From NCBI GenBank assembly GCA_033763455.1, contig JANRKO010000060.1:78586-142585 (forward strand): DNA of 64,000 nt, written 5' to 3'. Below are positions 8,972-19,708 of this stretch, piece after piece. The notes beneath the pieces were generated by a model that was given only the letters and a program-made list of their open reading frames with translations, had not been told where the DNA came from and searched no databases. Every line of letters starts with the position of its first letter. Position 1 is the first letter of the stretch. The stretch comes from Polyangiaceae bacterium. GTDB lineage: Bacteria > Myxococcota_A > Polyangia > Polyangiales > Polyangiaceae. Both the position numbers and the translations under genes were made by a program.

Positions 8972-11269
8972 ATGAAGTGGAGAAAAAACTATTTTCCCAC
9001 CGTGTTAGCCATTTCCGCGGCGTTCTCGTTGAGCGTAGTCGCGAGCGGGGCGAGTGCCGAGGGCGCTGTTAAGCGTCACGCCACGGAAGTCACTGTCCAG
9101 GAGGATGAAGCCCTGGGCGTTACAGAAGTGAGAGTTCGCTTCGACGCGCCGCCCACGTATTCTGCGCGTGTCGATCGCGGTGGGCTTCGAGTGGTTCTGG
9201 ACGTGCCTGGCGCAGCGGTTCTGGGCGCCAAACCGGCCATCGTCGATCGCACCGGGCTTGTGTCTGGTGTTCTCACGCAGTCCTTCGGGGCCGGTGAGTC
9301 GGCTACCGCTCGAGTGCTAGTGACGTTAGCGCAGCCAGCGTCGCGGTTGGTGCGTGTCGAAGGTAACGATCTGGTGATGTGGTTGGCCGTTTCGCCCGAA
9401 AAGCTCGAGGTAAAGCGCGCTCCACGTGCGCCTCTTGCCCAAGCCCCTGAGGCCACCCGCGTCTTGGGTGTGAAGTTTAGCCACTTAGCCGATCAAGATC
9501 AGGTGCGCATTCAGCTATCAGGGGTGCCAAGTTATAGCTTAGAAAATGGCCAGGCTGGGCGTTCACGTTTGGTCCTGCACAACACCAGCTTGCCCGCTGA
9601 ACTCCAGCAAACGCTTGATGCCTCTGCCTTCGGTGGCCAGCTAAAGGCTGTTTCCACGTATGAAGCGGCGGCTCCAGAAAAGGGCGTTACTCTGGAAGCG
9701 GAGCGTCAGGTTTCGGCTACCAGTCAGGTACGTCTTGTCGGGTCCGCGCTGGTGTGGTCGTTCTTTCGCCCAGGAGATGTGAGCTCCGCCGTTACCGGAA
9801 TCGCTGCCGATGGTAAAGAAGCGCGCCGTATTCGAACGTTGCACGTGGATGCGCCGGCTTCGGATTTGATGCAGATACACTCCACCTTTAGCGGCATTGA
9901 AGGTGAATCTAGCTCACCCGAGCAGGCCGGAAGCCTTACACCTACCGTTTTGGGGCAGGCCGATGGTGGCGCGGGGCGTCGCATCGACTTGGATTTGAAG
10001 GATGCCGATATTCATAACGTCTTGCGGTTGCTCGCAGACGTTGGTCGCGTGAACATTGTTACGGCGGATAACGTTACCGGTTCGGTAACAATCCGGATGC
10101 GCAACGTACCGTGGAAGCAAGCGCTCGATGTCGTGCTCCAGGCGAAAGCCCTGGGCATGGTGGAGCGTGGCAACATGGTGCGAGTAGCTCCGCTCGCGGA
10201 TCTTGAAAAGGAGCGCGAGATGGAGGTGGCGCGGCGTTCGCAGGAAGTGCGGCTTGCTCCACTCGAAACCCGCCTTATTCCAGTGAGTTACGCCACAGCT
10301 GATGACGTGCAGCAAAGAGTTTCGCCCCTCCTATCAGAGCGGGGAAGCGTTGCGGTAGATGGCCGAACGAACATCCTCATTGTTCGGGATCTTTCGGGCA
10401 ATCTAGATCAAATTGAGCAACTTACGCGCGAGCTCGACACTCAGACACCTCAGGTGTTGGTGGAAGCGCGCATCGTGGAGGCAACCAGCCGCTACATCAA
10501 AGATGTGGGCATTCAGTGGGGTGGAGATCTCACCTTTTCTCCGGCCACAGCAAACCCAACCGGTTTGGTATTTCCCAACTCCGTTGGAATCGCAGGCGGT
10601 GCAAGCGACGGCAATACGCCTACAGCGGGCCTGAGCCCCTTCCAGTCTTCAGTTACCAACCCCAACTTTGCCGTTAACCTTCCGGCGGCCGTTGGTACCG
10701 GGAGCGGTGGCGCGCTCGGTCTTACCTTTGGGTCCATCGACAACACTATCAATCTTGGCTTGCGGCTTTCGGCGGCGGAGTCGAGCGGCATGCTGCGGAT
10801 CCTTTCAAGCCCGCGAATATTGACTCTCGACAACAACGAGGCTCGCATTTCTCAAGGCACACTGATTCCCTTCTCGCAGGTGAGCGCCCAGGGCGTCCAA
10901 ACCACCTTTCAAGAAGCGAAGCTCCAGCTGCTGGTGACCCCACACGTCACCGCTGATGGCAGCGTCAGTATGAAGGTGAAGATCAATCGCGACGAGCCAG
11001 ACTTCAACCAAACCTCAGCTCGCGGTGATCCGACGGTGCTCAAGCGAGAGGCGGAGACTGAGCTGTTGGTTCCCGACGGTCACACCGCAGTGATTGGCGG
11101 TATCTACACGCGCAATTCTGGTCGGAGCGCCGACCAGGTACCTTTCTTTGGAGACATCCCGCTGGTCGGCCTGTTGTTTCAACGCCGCCGCGCGAGCGAC
11201 CAAAGGCAAGAACTGGTCATCTTCTTGACTCCACGGATTGTGAACCGCGCCCAAGCGCTCGGTCGGTAG
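8972..11269 (+). CDS. pilQ: Type IV pilus secretin PilQ
   Basis: AMIN-like N-terminus, RIDLDLKDADI, VPWKQALDVVL, QVLVEARIVEA and ELVIFLTPRIV. Confidence 0.95.
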   Translation: MKWRKNYFPTVLAISAAFSLSVVASGASAEGAVKRHATEVTVQEDEALGVTEVRVRFDAPPTYSARVDRGGLRVVLDVPGAAVLGAKPAIVDRTGLVSGVLTQSFGAGESATARVLVTLAQPASRLVRVEGNDLVMWLAVSPEKLEVKRAPRAPLAQAPEATRVLGVKFSHLADQDQVRIQLSGVPSYSLENGQAGRSRLVLHNTSLPAELQQTLDASAFGGQLKAVSTYEAAAPEKGVTLEAERQVSATSQVRLVGSALVWSFFRPGDVSSAVTGIAADGKEARRIRTLHVDAPASDLMQIHSTFSGIEGESSSPEQAGSLTPTVLGQADGGAGRRIDLDLKDADIHNVLRLLADVGRVNIVTADNVTGSVTIRMRNVPWKQALDVVLQAKALGMVERGNMVRVAPLADLEKEREMEVARRSQEVRLAPLETRLIPVSYATADDVQQRVSPLLSERGSVAVDGRTNILIVRDLSGNLDQIEQLTRELDTQTPQVLVEARIVEATSRYIKDVGIQWGGDLTFSPATANPTGLVFPNSVGIAGGASDGNTPTAGLSPFQSSVTNPNFAVNLPAAVGTGSGGALGLTFGSIDNTINLGLRLSAAESSGMLRILSSPRILTLDNNEARISQGTLIPFSQVSAQGVQTTFQEAKLQLLVTPHVTADGSVSMKVKINRDEPDFNQTSARGDPTVLKREAETELLVPDGHTAVIGGIYTRNSGRSADQVPFFGDIPLVGLLFQRRRASDQRQELVIFLTPRIVNRAQALGR

Positions 11270-11424
11270 TCGGCTTCTCGCCCTAAGTGGCGAGGGCCCA
11301 GGGCCATAACGCATGGCCCGGCGCGCAAAAACGTGGCTTCTATTTCAATCCTCTTGCACCGCTATCGCAGCGGCGGGTATAGCCCGATGTCAGATTTACT
11401 TGCCCTGCGCAACGGAGGTCCTGA

Positions 11425-11679
11425 GTGAAGGAACTTGCAGAATATCTTCTCAGCAACTTGTACGTAGACTTCCAGGGCGACATCTCCGTTGAAACGATCC
11501 GGGAGTTTCTACGCGGGGACGACAGTCGCGAGGCTCGGGCGCTTCTGGCTAAAATCATTGAGGAAAAAGGGATTGATGACCTTTTGATCACCCTGGCAGA
11601 TTGCCTCCGGGAGCACCTTCGGAGCGGTATCAGCCCGGAGACCGTGCGGGATCAGCTGAACGTCTACACCGATAGCTGA
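11425..11679 (+). CDS. Small acidic hypothetical protein (84 aa)
   Basis: GGAGG RBS upstream of GTG; globular, protein-like composition. Confidence 0.7.
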   Translation: MKELAEYLLSNLYVDFQGDISVETIREFLRGDDSREARALLAKIIEEKGIDDLLITLADCLREHLRSGISPETVRDQLNVYTDS

Positions 11680-11931
11680 GCAGCTTCGGCAGCCTGCCGG
11701 CAAGGTTTATCCGTCTCCACCGGAATTTGTTGTACTTTTCGGGGCTTCGGCGACCCACATTGGTCACGCGTGGGGCACTGTGATCGTGTGGCTCTCAGGA
11801 CGTTGGCAGCCCGAAGCAGCTAAGCACCACAGATTCGTGGTTGAGTGCAGCTGGGCGGCCAGCTGCCAACATTGTTGACGAATCTCTCCGGATTCTCGGG
11901 TAGCATAGGTTGTGCTGTTTCGGAGGGATGA

Positions 11932-14900
11932 ATGTCAACTTTGTTGACGGTAGCGGGCCGGACGCTCCGGGTCCTCGAGCACGTAGGGCAGGGCGCCACC
12001 AGCATTGTGTTTCGCGCGGCCGATGTTGCCACGGGTGCAGCGCTGGTGCTGAAGGTCGCTCGGAACGCGCGAGATACTGGAGCGTTCCTCAACGAAGCTG
12101 AGCGTCACGCCCGTGTCCGCTGTCCTGAACTCGTGCCGCTCGTGGGAGTGGGGCGGATTGAAGGAGTGTCTGCCGAAGGGCCGACGACCGTGTCGGTACT
12201 GCCTGGGGGGCCAGCGCTGTTGTTTCCCTGGATCGAAGGTGAAGACCTCACGCTCAGCTTCCGACCTGAGTCGAAGTATTCGTCCGTGTTAGGTCCCGAA
12301 GGGGCCCTCTTGGTGGCGTGGGAGCTTGGGCGGGCGCTCGACGAGTTGCACGAGATGGGGCAATCGCACGGGGATCTCAAGCCGAGCAATGTGATGTTAA
12401 CCGGGAACGCCTTCGTACCGGATACGCTCTCTGTGCAGCTCATCGACCTTGGCCTAGGTGTTGATGCGACGGAACGTGTGCCGCGCGGTGGAACTCCGCG
12501 ATACCTGGATCCAGATCTGCTGAGTGGTAGACACTCGGGTGAGGCGCGCGCGCGCGATCTTTTTGCATTGGGGCTGTTGTTGGCGGAGATATCGGAACCA
12601 GCGCTTGCTGCTAGCCAGGATCTGCAGCAATCCCTGCGCCTAACTTCGCTAGACTCTCGGGTGCAGACGCTGGTGGGCCCCCTCGTCCGCAGCAGTCCAA
12701 GCGCGCGGCCGTCGGCTCGCTGGGTGTGGCAGCGCGCGGGGCAGATGTTGGGGCGGGCACAATCGGTTGAGTCGATTCGCGCTTGGCGCCGCCGTCGGGC
12801 TCGCGCCGCGTATTTGAAGGCTCGCGCGAGTGATCTCTCGGTGGTCTGGGGCACCCGCCCGGAGCTTCAAGTCTCAACTTTGGAAACGGAATGGCTGGCT
12901 GATTTCCTGAGCATCAGTGCACAGGTTGGCTCGTTTTCAGAAACCCCTAGAGGCGCGCAACTGAAGCTCCATGAGTTGAACGGTACTGGGCTAACGGCAT
13001 TTTTGGTGCACTTGATCGGACCTGTCGCAAGCGATTGGCCGGTTGGGCTCTTAGGGCCGGTACCGGCGGCACTAGAACGGGTGAGAGCTTTGCTGGATGA
13101 GTACGAGCCCGCTCAGCTCACGTTCGCGATGCTCCAGCCGAACCGCGTTCTGTCTAGCGTGACGCCGCCTGCTTCCTTTCCTACGGCAGAGGGGCTGGGC
13201 AAGGCTGAGGAGCGGTTGGTGTCCATGACGCTGGAGCTATCTGATCCCGGTAAAGCGTGGGCAGCGCTCACCTTGGCTGAACTTACGATCGCGGCAGGCC
13301 AGGCCCCACCGGCGCTCGTGGCGCTCACCGCGACGAGGTTGCGCCAAGTAGGTCAGTTGGGTCGAGCGTTGGTTCTCACCGAGGAGTCGAGGGTCATACG
13401 CGATCAGGTGTTTGCTGCGGAAACCTACCGCCGAGCGCGAGATCCGAAAAAAGCGGAGGCAATAGCTGATAGGATTCGAGGTTCAGGGGTGGCCCTCTCT
13501 GTCGATGAATTAGCCCAGTTGAGCGCCACGAGCGCGCGTATTTTGCTGGATCGCGGGGAGCTTGAAGCGGCATTTTTGTTGATAGATTCGGCCCCGCCGC
13601 TGTCGGTGGTGTGGGAAACCCGAGCGCAAATTGAGGTGGCGCGTGGGCACGTCTCGGAGGCTCTCGCCTGTGCCGAACGGGCTAAAGCATCTGCGCGCAG
13701 CGATGAAGAGCTCGCACGTGCTGAGGCGGTGCTCGGGTTTGCCGCTCACCAGGCTGGCAACTCAGATCTTGAACTTCTGGCGTATCAACGAGCGTCCGAG
13801 TACGCAGCTCGTGCTGGCGCTGTGATCGAAGAGGCGCACTACTTGACGGGTGTGGCTGCCGCGAGCGTTCAGGTGGGTGCGTACGAGCACGCACAGAAGA
13901 GTGCCAGGCGTGCGCGCTTGTTGTTTGATTGGAGTGAACGGGGAGCGCAAGCTGCACGAGCCGCTCAGGCTGAGGCGGCGGTGTTCGCAGCGCTTGGGGC
14001 ACGTGAAGAGGCGGAAGATTGCGCACGCGAAGCTGAACAGCGTGCCAAGCTCGCGGGGGATGTGCTGTGTCGCGCCTACGTGCACTTGACTCTAAGTGAT
14101 GTACACGCTTCGGGCCGGCGTGGTCGCGAGCACGCTGAGCGTGCCCAGCAGCTTTTCGGTGAAAAATCGAGTCCGGCTGATAGCGTGCGAGTTGCAGCAC
14201 GTTTACTACGCCACGGGGCCCCCGTGGCTATCAGCAGTGTAGATTCGCTGGCGTTGAATTGTGGAGCTGTAGATGCTTTGTTTGAATGGTGGGGTGCCCG
14301 CGCACAGGATTGCGCGAAGCGGCGTGACGTGCCGGTGGGAGCCTTGGTTGTTACCGAGCTGCTTGGCTTGTCGGCCAAGCGCGCACCGGCAGCTGTGCGC
14401 GGACCGTCGCTTGTCGCGGGCGCGCATCTCGCTTCTGAACTCGGAGATGGGGATGCCGCACGGCGACTGTTTGCCGGAGCGAACGAGGCGGCGCGGCAAG
14501 TGCTTGCGGCTGCGCCTGAATCCCTTCGAGCACGCATAGAGGCGCTTGACTGGATCCAACGGTGCCAAACCGTTGGCGAGCGGGCGCTTTTGCCTGAGCA
14601 ACTTTCGGATGTGGAGGGCCTTATCCGGGCGCTCGGAGGTCGCGAGAACCGGCGCCTCTTGTTCGAGCGAATTCTAGACATGTTAGTGTTGTGGACAGGC
14701 GTAGAGCGGGCGCTCTTGCTCTTACCAGCGCCCAACGGAAAGCTCATGGTTCGCGCGGCGCGAAACCTGGCCCGCCACGATTTGGAGGGGGCACAGCTCG
14801 AATTGAGCCGTTCTTTGGCGCAGAGGGCGCTCGACGAAGGGGCACCGGTGGTGGCGGTGGATGCTCAGTTCGATTTGCCAGAAGTGCATGCGAGCGTTCA

Positions 14901-16152
14901 CGCGCTCAAGTTGAGAAGCGTATTGGCTGTGCCACTCGTTGCACACGGTCAGAAGTTGGGTGTTGTGTACCTAGACGATCGGATTAAGCGGGGTGCGTTT
15001 GGTCCTCAAGAGTTAGGCTGGGTGCGGGTTATTGCAAGCCTCGCGGCGATAGCGCTGGGCGATATGCGCGCGGAGCTCTTGTTGCGGCGTTCACTCCGGC
15101 GCGCGTCACGTGCTGAAGCGCGTGTGCGTTCTGAGTTAGGTCGGCGTGAAGCGGAGTTGGAGGTCGCTCAACGTGAGTTGGCACAGGCACACAACGGACG
15201 TAACACGCGCTATGCGTATGACGCGATAGTGGGGGAAAGCGAACCCATCGTGCGGCTTCTCAGTTTGATTGACCGAGTTGCAGGTTCGGACATTCCTGTG
15301 CTTGTGTTGGGTGAATCCGGAACCGGTAAGGAACTGGTAGCGCGCGCCCTTCATTCGAATAGCCCGAGAGCGAGCGGCCCCTACGTGTCCGAGAACTGCT
15401 CGGCCATCCCGGAAACTTTGCTGGAATCAGCCCTATTTGGCCATGTTCGGGGTGCTTTTACGGGCGCCAGCCACACACGCGCGGGCCTATTCGATGCGGC
15501 GGATGGAGGCACGCTCTTTCTTGATGAAGTTGCCGAAATGAGCCTTGGGATGCAGACCAAGTTGCTGCGAGTGTTGGAAGATGGCCTGGTAAAACCGGTG
15601 GGTTCCGAGCGAACACGTAAGGTGAACGTGCGAGTGCTTGCGGCCACCCATCGCGATCTCGAAGCTCGCGTTGAATCCGGAGCCTTTCGAAAGGATCTTT
15701 ACTATCGCTTGAATGTGGTGACGCTAAAGGTCCCCGCGTTGCGGGAGCGTCCGGGCGATGTTGCGCTACTGATTAAGCATTTTATCGCGCAGTATTCTCC
15801 TGAAAAGCATCGCCGCCTATCGCGCGGCGCCGAAGGAGCTCTGCTCGCTTACCCGTGGCCCGGCAATGTGCGCCAGCTACAGAATGAGATCCGCCGTGCG
15901 CTGCTCATGGCCGATGATACTATCGAGCTCTCGCACCTCAGCCCACAGATTATCGGCACCGCGCCAAGCGACGTCGCCGGTGCTGATTCCGTAAACTTGA
16001 AGGTACGCGTGGACGCGATGGAGCGACAACTCGTGACGTTGGCGCTCGAACGCACGGGCGGAAACCAGACGCGGGCCGCGGAGATGCTCGGCGTATCGCG
16101 CTTTGGCCTCCAAAAAATGCTGAAAAGGCTCGAAATTGAAGCCAAAAATTGA
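11932..16152 (+). CDS. Sigma-54 enhancer-binding protein with N-terminal Ser/Thr kinase, helical (TPR-like) region, GAF, AAA+ and Fis-type HTH
   Basis: Kinase: GQGATS, HGDLKPSN, DLG, GTPRY. GAF: SVLAVPL...GVVYLD. AAA+: GESGTGKE, GAFTGA, LFLDEV, WPGNVRQL. HTH: GNQTRAAEMLGVSR. Confidence 0.92.
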   Translation: MSTLLTVAGRTLRVLEHVGQGATSIVFRAADVATGAALVLKVARNARDTGAFLNEAERHARVRCPELVPLVGVGRIEGVSAEGPTTVSVLPGGPALLFPWIEGEDLTLSFRPESKYSSVLGPEGALLVAWELGRALDELHEMGQSHGDLKPSNVMLTGNAFVPDTLSVQLIDLGLGVDATERVPRGGTPRYLDPDLLSGRHSGEARARDLFALGLLLAEISEPALAASQDLQQSLRLTSLDSRVQTLVGPLVRSSPSARPSARWVWQRAGQMLGRAQSVESIRAWRRRRARAAYLKARASDLSVVWGTRPELQVSTLETEWLADFLSISAQVGSFSETPRGAQLKLHELNGTGLTAFLVHLIGPVASDWPVGLLGPVPAALERVRALLDEYEPAQLTFAMLQPNRVLSSVTPPASFPTAEGLGKAEERLVSMTLELSDPGKAWAALTLAELTIAAGQAPPALVALTATRLRQVGQLGRALVLTEESRVIRDQVFAAETYRRARDPKKAEAIADRIRGSGVALSVDELAQLSATSARILLDRGELEAAFLLIDSAPPLSVVWETRAQIEVARGHVSEALACAERAKASARSDEELARAEAVLGFAAHQAGNSDLELLAYQRASEYAARAGAVIEEAHYLTGVAAASVQVGAYEHAQKSARRARLLFDWSERGAQAARAAQAEAAVFAALGAREEAEDCAREAEQRAKLAGDVLCRAYVHLTLSDVHASGRRGREHAERAQQLFGEKSSPADSVRVAARLLRHGAPVAISSVDSLALNCGAVDALFEWWGARAQDCAKRRDVPVGALVVTELLGLSAKRAPAAVRGPSLVAGAHLASELGDGDAARRLFAGANEAARQVLAAAPESLRARIEALDWIQRCQTVGERALLPEQLSDVEGLIRALGGRENRRLLFERILDMLVLWTGVERALLLLPAPNGKLMVRAARNLARHDLEGAQLELSRSLAQRALDEGAPVVAVDAQFDLPEVHASVHALKLRSVLAVPLVAHGQKLGVVYLDDRIKRGAFGPQELGWVRVIASLAAIALGDMRAELLLRRSLRRASRAEARVRSELGRREAELEVAQRELAQAHNGRNTRYAYDAIVGESEPIVRLLSLIDRVAGSDIPVLVLGESGTGKELVARALHSNSPRASGPYVSENCSAIPETLLESALFGHVRGAFTGASHTRAGLFDAADGGTLFLDEVAEMSLGMQTKLLRVLEDGLVKPVGSERTRKVNVRVLAATHRDLEARVESGAFRKDLYYRLNVVTLKVPALRERPGDVALLIKHFIAQYSPEKHRRLSRGAEGALLAYPWPGNVRQLQNEIRRALLMADDTIELSHLSPQIIGTAPSDVAGADSVNLKVRVDAMERQLVTLALERTGGNQTRAAEMLGVSRFGLQKMLKRLEIEAKN

Positions 16153-16229
16153 TGCCAACGTGTGGAGCCCGATGGGGCGAGAGTGGCTTTTGCGAGTGAG
16201 GTGCTTAGGATGTGCACCGTGTTGTCAGC

Positions 16230-16844
16230 TCAAGCGTGCAAAATTTGGCTGATAGCTTCACGCTCGGCGGAATCTAAATTGGGCGTGAAACGCACAATGC
16301 GTTCCAGGATCTCTTGCGCTAAGGATTCGGTGCTCGCAAGGGAACTGTTGGCAGGTGTGGGCAAGGCTTCCGTAGTGGACGAACCTTCAGGCTGCTCCTC
16401 TGCCTGTCGCGCAAAATACGCGAAGGCGCAACTCAAGTGGATAAAACCAATTGGCTGAAAGCGCGATTCTTCGAGGAGCTGCAGGGCAATACGCAGGCTG
16501 CCTTTCTCCATCAGCTCCTTGCAGTGCCGGCAGCGTGCACGCCCACTGGGGTCACGCTCCCCGCGACAGATGCGCGCGAGCCGTGGAAACTGAACGCCCG
16601 CCTCTGCAAGCCGTTCTAAGGTGGCCCGCTCTGGTAGTTCGCCCTCGTGCACCTTCAGCAACTGTGAGAACTTCTCGGGGCGCATGCAGGCCGCGCAGAC
16701 AGGGTGAAACCACAGACGTGATTCGCCCTCACCATATGCATTGGGCACGGCTTCGCCAAAGCGTAGCGAGCCCTTTTCGATCACCGTGCCGCAGCCGCGG
16801 CACTTCGCCCTCCCGCTCGGGGCGGCTTCAACAATGTCAGGCAT
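16230..16844 (-). CDS. Protein with two PARP-type zinc fingers
   Basis: Two copies of SGRAxCxxC...KGSLR...HxxC (CRGC...HPVC; CRHC...HLSC). ATG at 16844 overlaps the upstream stop (ATGCCTGA). Confidence 0.85.
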   Translation of the reverse strand: MPDIVEAAPSGRAKCRGCGTVIEKGSLRFGEAVPNAYGEGESRLWFHPVCAACMRPEKFSQLLKVHEGELPERATLERLAEAGVQFPRLARICRGERDPSGRARCRHCKELMEKGSLRIALQLLEESRFQPIGFIHLSCAFAYFARQAEEQPEGSSTTEALPTPANSSLASTESLAQEILERIVRFTPNLDSAEREAISQILHA

Positions 16845-17823
16845 CTTTGGGTGCTTCGTTGAGAAAACAGCGGCTTTCGCCGGAAGAAACTGGGTAAAGC
16901 TGTGGCATTTCCTGTGAGCAACGAGCGAACGCTTTGGGGCAACGAGTGTGAAAGCGGCACCCGGAAGGCGGGTGCGCAGGGGAGGGGACATCTCCCAGTA
17001 GGCGTATTCTCTTCTTATGACCGAGTGGATCCCTACTCGGCACAGCTGCCAGTAGCGACTCGGTGTAGGGGTGGGTTGAGTGATCAAGGACATCGCCGGC
17101 GGAACCGGTTTCGACGATTTGCCCGAGGTACATCACTGCAATGCGATCAGCCATGTAGCGCACCACGCCGAGATCGTGGGTAATGAACAGATAGGTGAGG
17201 CCAAATTCTCTCTGCAGATCTTTCAGCAGATTCAGGATCTGTGCCTGTACCGAAACATCCAGCGCCGACACCGCTTCGTCGCAGACGATGAGCCGTGGGC
17301 GCACCGCCAGCGCTCGCGCGATACACACGCGCTGCCGCTGACCGCCCGATAGTTCATGCGGGTAGCGGTTGCGCATGCTTGGAGCAAGCCCCACTTGAGC
17401 CATGAGATCACATACGCGGCGCACACGCTGCTTTGAATTGAAGCGCTCGTGAAGAATGAGAGGCTCCGCGATCGATGCTTCTAGGGTCAGCCTGGGATTG
17501 AGGCTCGCGTCAGGATCCTGAAAGATCATCTGAATGTCGCGGCACCGAGCGTCGCGGGCTCGCGAGCCTAACGGGCCGAGCTCGTGACCCTCGAATAGAA
17601 CTGTACCTGCGGTTGGCGGCTGCAGCCCGACGAGCGCGCGGGCCAAGGTCGACTTCCCGCAGCCAGACTCACCGACGAGCGCCAGGGTTTCGTTTTCCCG
17701 GACATCGAGCGTGATTCCGTCCACTGCGCGGACTGGCCCGCTCGGCCCCGGGAAATGTACCGAGAGAGCTGCGGCGCGGAGGAGCGGCGGCCGCGTAGTT
17801 AGGTTGGCAGGCGAGGGGATCAT
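16837..17823 (-). CDS. Oligopeptide/dipeptide ABC transporter ATP-binding subunit (OppF/DppF-like)
   Basis: [29 protein letters not shown] and [12 protein letters not shown] overlap sets the start at 17823. Confidence 0.93.
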   Translation of the reverse strand: MIPSPANLTTRPPLLRAAALSVHFPGPSGPVRAVDGITLDVRENETLALVGESGCGKSTLARALVGLQPPTAGTVLFEGHELGPLGSRARDARCRDIQMIFQDPDASLNPRLTLEASIAEPLILHERFNSKQRVRRVCDLMAQVGLAPSMRNRYPHELSGGQRQRVCIARALAVRPRLIVCDEAVSALDVSVQAQILNLLKDLQREFGLTYLFITHDLGVVRYMADRIAVMYLGQIVETGSAGDVLDHSTHPYTESLLAAVPSRDPLGHKKRIRLLGDVPSPAHPPSGCRFHTRCPKAFARCSQEMPQLYPVSSGESRCFLNEAPKDA

Positions 17824-18800
17824 TCGAGCTCCTCCCGCCGCAACACACACCTGTGCGCGTGGCGCCCTGAGAGCATTTCCAGGCGGGGCTCTTCCCGACG
17901 ACACTCCTCCCGCACAAGGGCGCACCGCGGGGCAAATGAGCACTCCGAAAATCCCCCGCGATCGAGCCTTGGTGGCATGCCCTCGATACTTTCTAGCCGC
18001 TCGCCATGGCGATGCTCCAGCCGCGGCGCACTTTCTAGAAGTGCTCTTGTGTACGGATGCAGGGGGCTTGCGAAAAGCTCTTTGCACGGAGCCTGCTCAA
18101 GCACACGCCCCGCGTACATGATCAGGATCTGATCCGCGGTATCGGCCACAACCCCTAGATCGTGAGTAATCAAAATGATCGATAACTTGCGCTCGGCCTT
18201 GAGCTCTAGCAGAAGATCCAGAATCTGAGCTTGAATCGTGACGTCTAGGGCCGTCGTGGGTTCGTCTGCGATCAAAAGATCTGGATCGCACAAGAGCGCC
18301 ATGGCGATCATCACCCGTTGCCGCATTCCGCCGCTCAACTCGTGAGGGTAGCTCTTGATACGATTCTTTGCGTCGCCGATGCGCACTTGATCTAGCAAAC
18401 GCACCGCCCTCTGCACGGCCTCGGCCTTTGAGAGGCCAAGGTGCAACATGGGTACCTCGGTGAGCTGATCTTCCAGCGTGAGATAGGGATTCAGGCTGGT
18501 CATCGGATCCTGAAAGATCATAGAAATCCTTCGACCTCGAATCTTCTGCAGCACCTGCTCGGACGCATGAGCGAGATCTTGACCTTGGAAGACAATGCTT
18601 CCAGCTACAATGCGTCCGTGAGGTTCGGGCAGGAGGCCCAAAATGCTGAGGCAGGTGGCGCTCTTGCCACAGCCTGATTCGCCAACAAGCCCGAGAACCT
18701 CCCCTTCGGCAAGCTCAAAACTCACTCGGTCGACAGCGCGCACCGTTGCGCGTTGGGAGCGAAACTCTGTCGTGAGTTCGGAGACAGACAGAAGTGCCAT
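17820..18800 (-). CDS. Oligopeptide/dipeptide ABC transporter ATP-binding subunit (OppD/DppD-like)
   Basis: [26 protein letters not shown] and [16 protein letters not shown]. Confidence 0.94.
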   Translation of the reverse strand: MALLSVSELTTEFRSQRATVRAVDRVSFELAEGEVLGLVGESGCGKSATCLSILGLLPEPHGRIVAGSIVFQGQDLAHASEQVLQKIRGRRISMIFQDPMTSLNPYLTLEDQLTEVPMLHLGLSKAEAVQRAVRLLDQVRIGDAKNRIKSYPHELSGGMRQRVMIAMALLCDPDLLIADEPTTALDVTIQAQILDLLLELKAERKLSIILITHDLGVVADTADQILIMYAGRVLEQAPCKELFASPLHPYTRALLESAPRLEHRHGERLESIEGMPPRLDRGGFSECSFAPRCALVREECRREEPRLEMLSGRHAHRCVLRREELE

Positions 18801-19708
18801 TACGGTGTCCTTGATTTGGGATCCAGCGCATCTCGCAGCCCATCACCCACAAAATTGAGGCTGAAGAGTGTGAGCCCTAGGAGTGAACCTGGCCATACGA
18901 GCAACCACCAATACGAGCGAATCGGATTCACTACGCTCACCCCCTCCGAAATGAGCTGGCCCCATGAGAGCTTCACGCCTAGGCCAAGAAACGAAAGAAA
19001 GGATTCCAGAATAATCACCGACGGCACAGTGAGTGTTGCATAAACTAGGATCACACCGAGAGCGTTGGGGAGGAGGTGGACAAGAATAATGCGCGGCCCC
19101 CGGGCTCCGAGGAGCTTGGCAGCTAGAACAAATTCACGTCGGCGCAAGGTGAGAACTTGGCCGCGGATCACACGAGCTATCGTGAGCCATTCCACAAGGC
19201 CCAGGGCAAGGAACACAGGTAGAGCTTCACCGCGCGCTGTTTCCGCGAACATCAACATGATGATGATCACCAAAAACATGTATGGAACTCCGTACAGGAA
19301 GTCGACGAGGCGCATCATCACGTCGTCCACTTTCCCGCCGTAATATCCAGCGATGGCGCCGTAGAGAACTCCCACCAACACCGAAGCCAGCGTTGCTGCG
19401 AGGCCCACTAGCAGCGATGTTTGGCCTCCCACCAAAACCTGCGCAAGGAAGTCCCGCCCGAGGCTATCTGTGCCAAACCAATGTTCGGCGGAGGGCGGTA
19501 GCTTTTGTCGAACTGGATCTGTCGTATCTGGATCTAGGCCAAGAAAAGGTGGGAGGGCAAAGCACGCGAAACCAATAAGGGCGAGCAAGACAGCTCCCAA
19601 CACAGCTAATCGATTTTGCCGTAGGCGGCGCCACGCGTCGCTACCCAGACTTCGCCCGGGCTCCGGCTCCACCATGCTGGCTCTGGGGTCCTCAGCGAAC
19701 GCAGTCAT
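18800..19708 (-). CDS. Peptide ABC transporter permease (OppC-like)
   Basis: HWFGTDSLGRD, EFVLAAKLLGA (EAA loop), ESFLSFLGLG and [15 protein letters not shown] overlap start. Confidence 0.93.
   Translation of the reverse strand: MTAFAEDPRASMVEPEPGRSLGSDAWRRLRQNRLAVLGAVLLALIGFACFALPPFLGLDPDTTDPVRQKLPPSAEHWFGTDSLGRDFLAQVLVGGQTSLLVGLAATLASVLVGVLYGAIAGYYGGKVDDVMMRLVDFLYGVPYMFLVIIIMLMFAETARGEALPVFLALGLVEWLTIARVIRGQVLTLRRREFVLAAKLLGARGPRIILVHLLPNALGVILVYATLTVPSVIILESFLSFLGLGVKLSWGQLISEGVSVVNPIRSYWWLLVWPGSLLGLTLFSLNFVGDGLRDALDPKSRTP

Noticed and set aside
11301..11319. Hairpin gggccat-aacgc-atggccc after pilQ as a terminator
   Set aside because: Only a 7-bp stem with no U-tract on the + strand; too weak to call.
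16845..17093. N-terminal extensions in the ORF track (also 17824-18087, 19709-19849, 25534-25635 and 30293-30388)
   Set aside because: Most overlap the upstream same-strand gene, and internal ATGs at stop/start overlaps or just before the TM helix give better starts.
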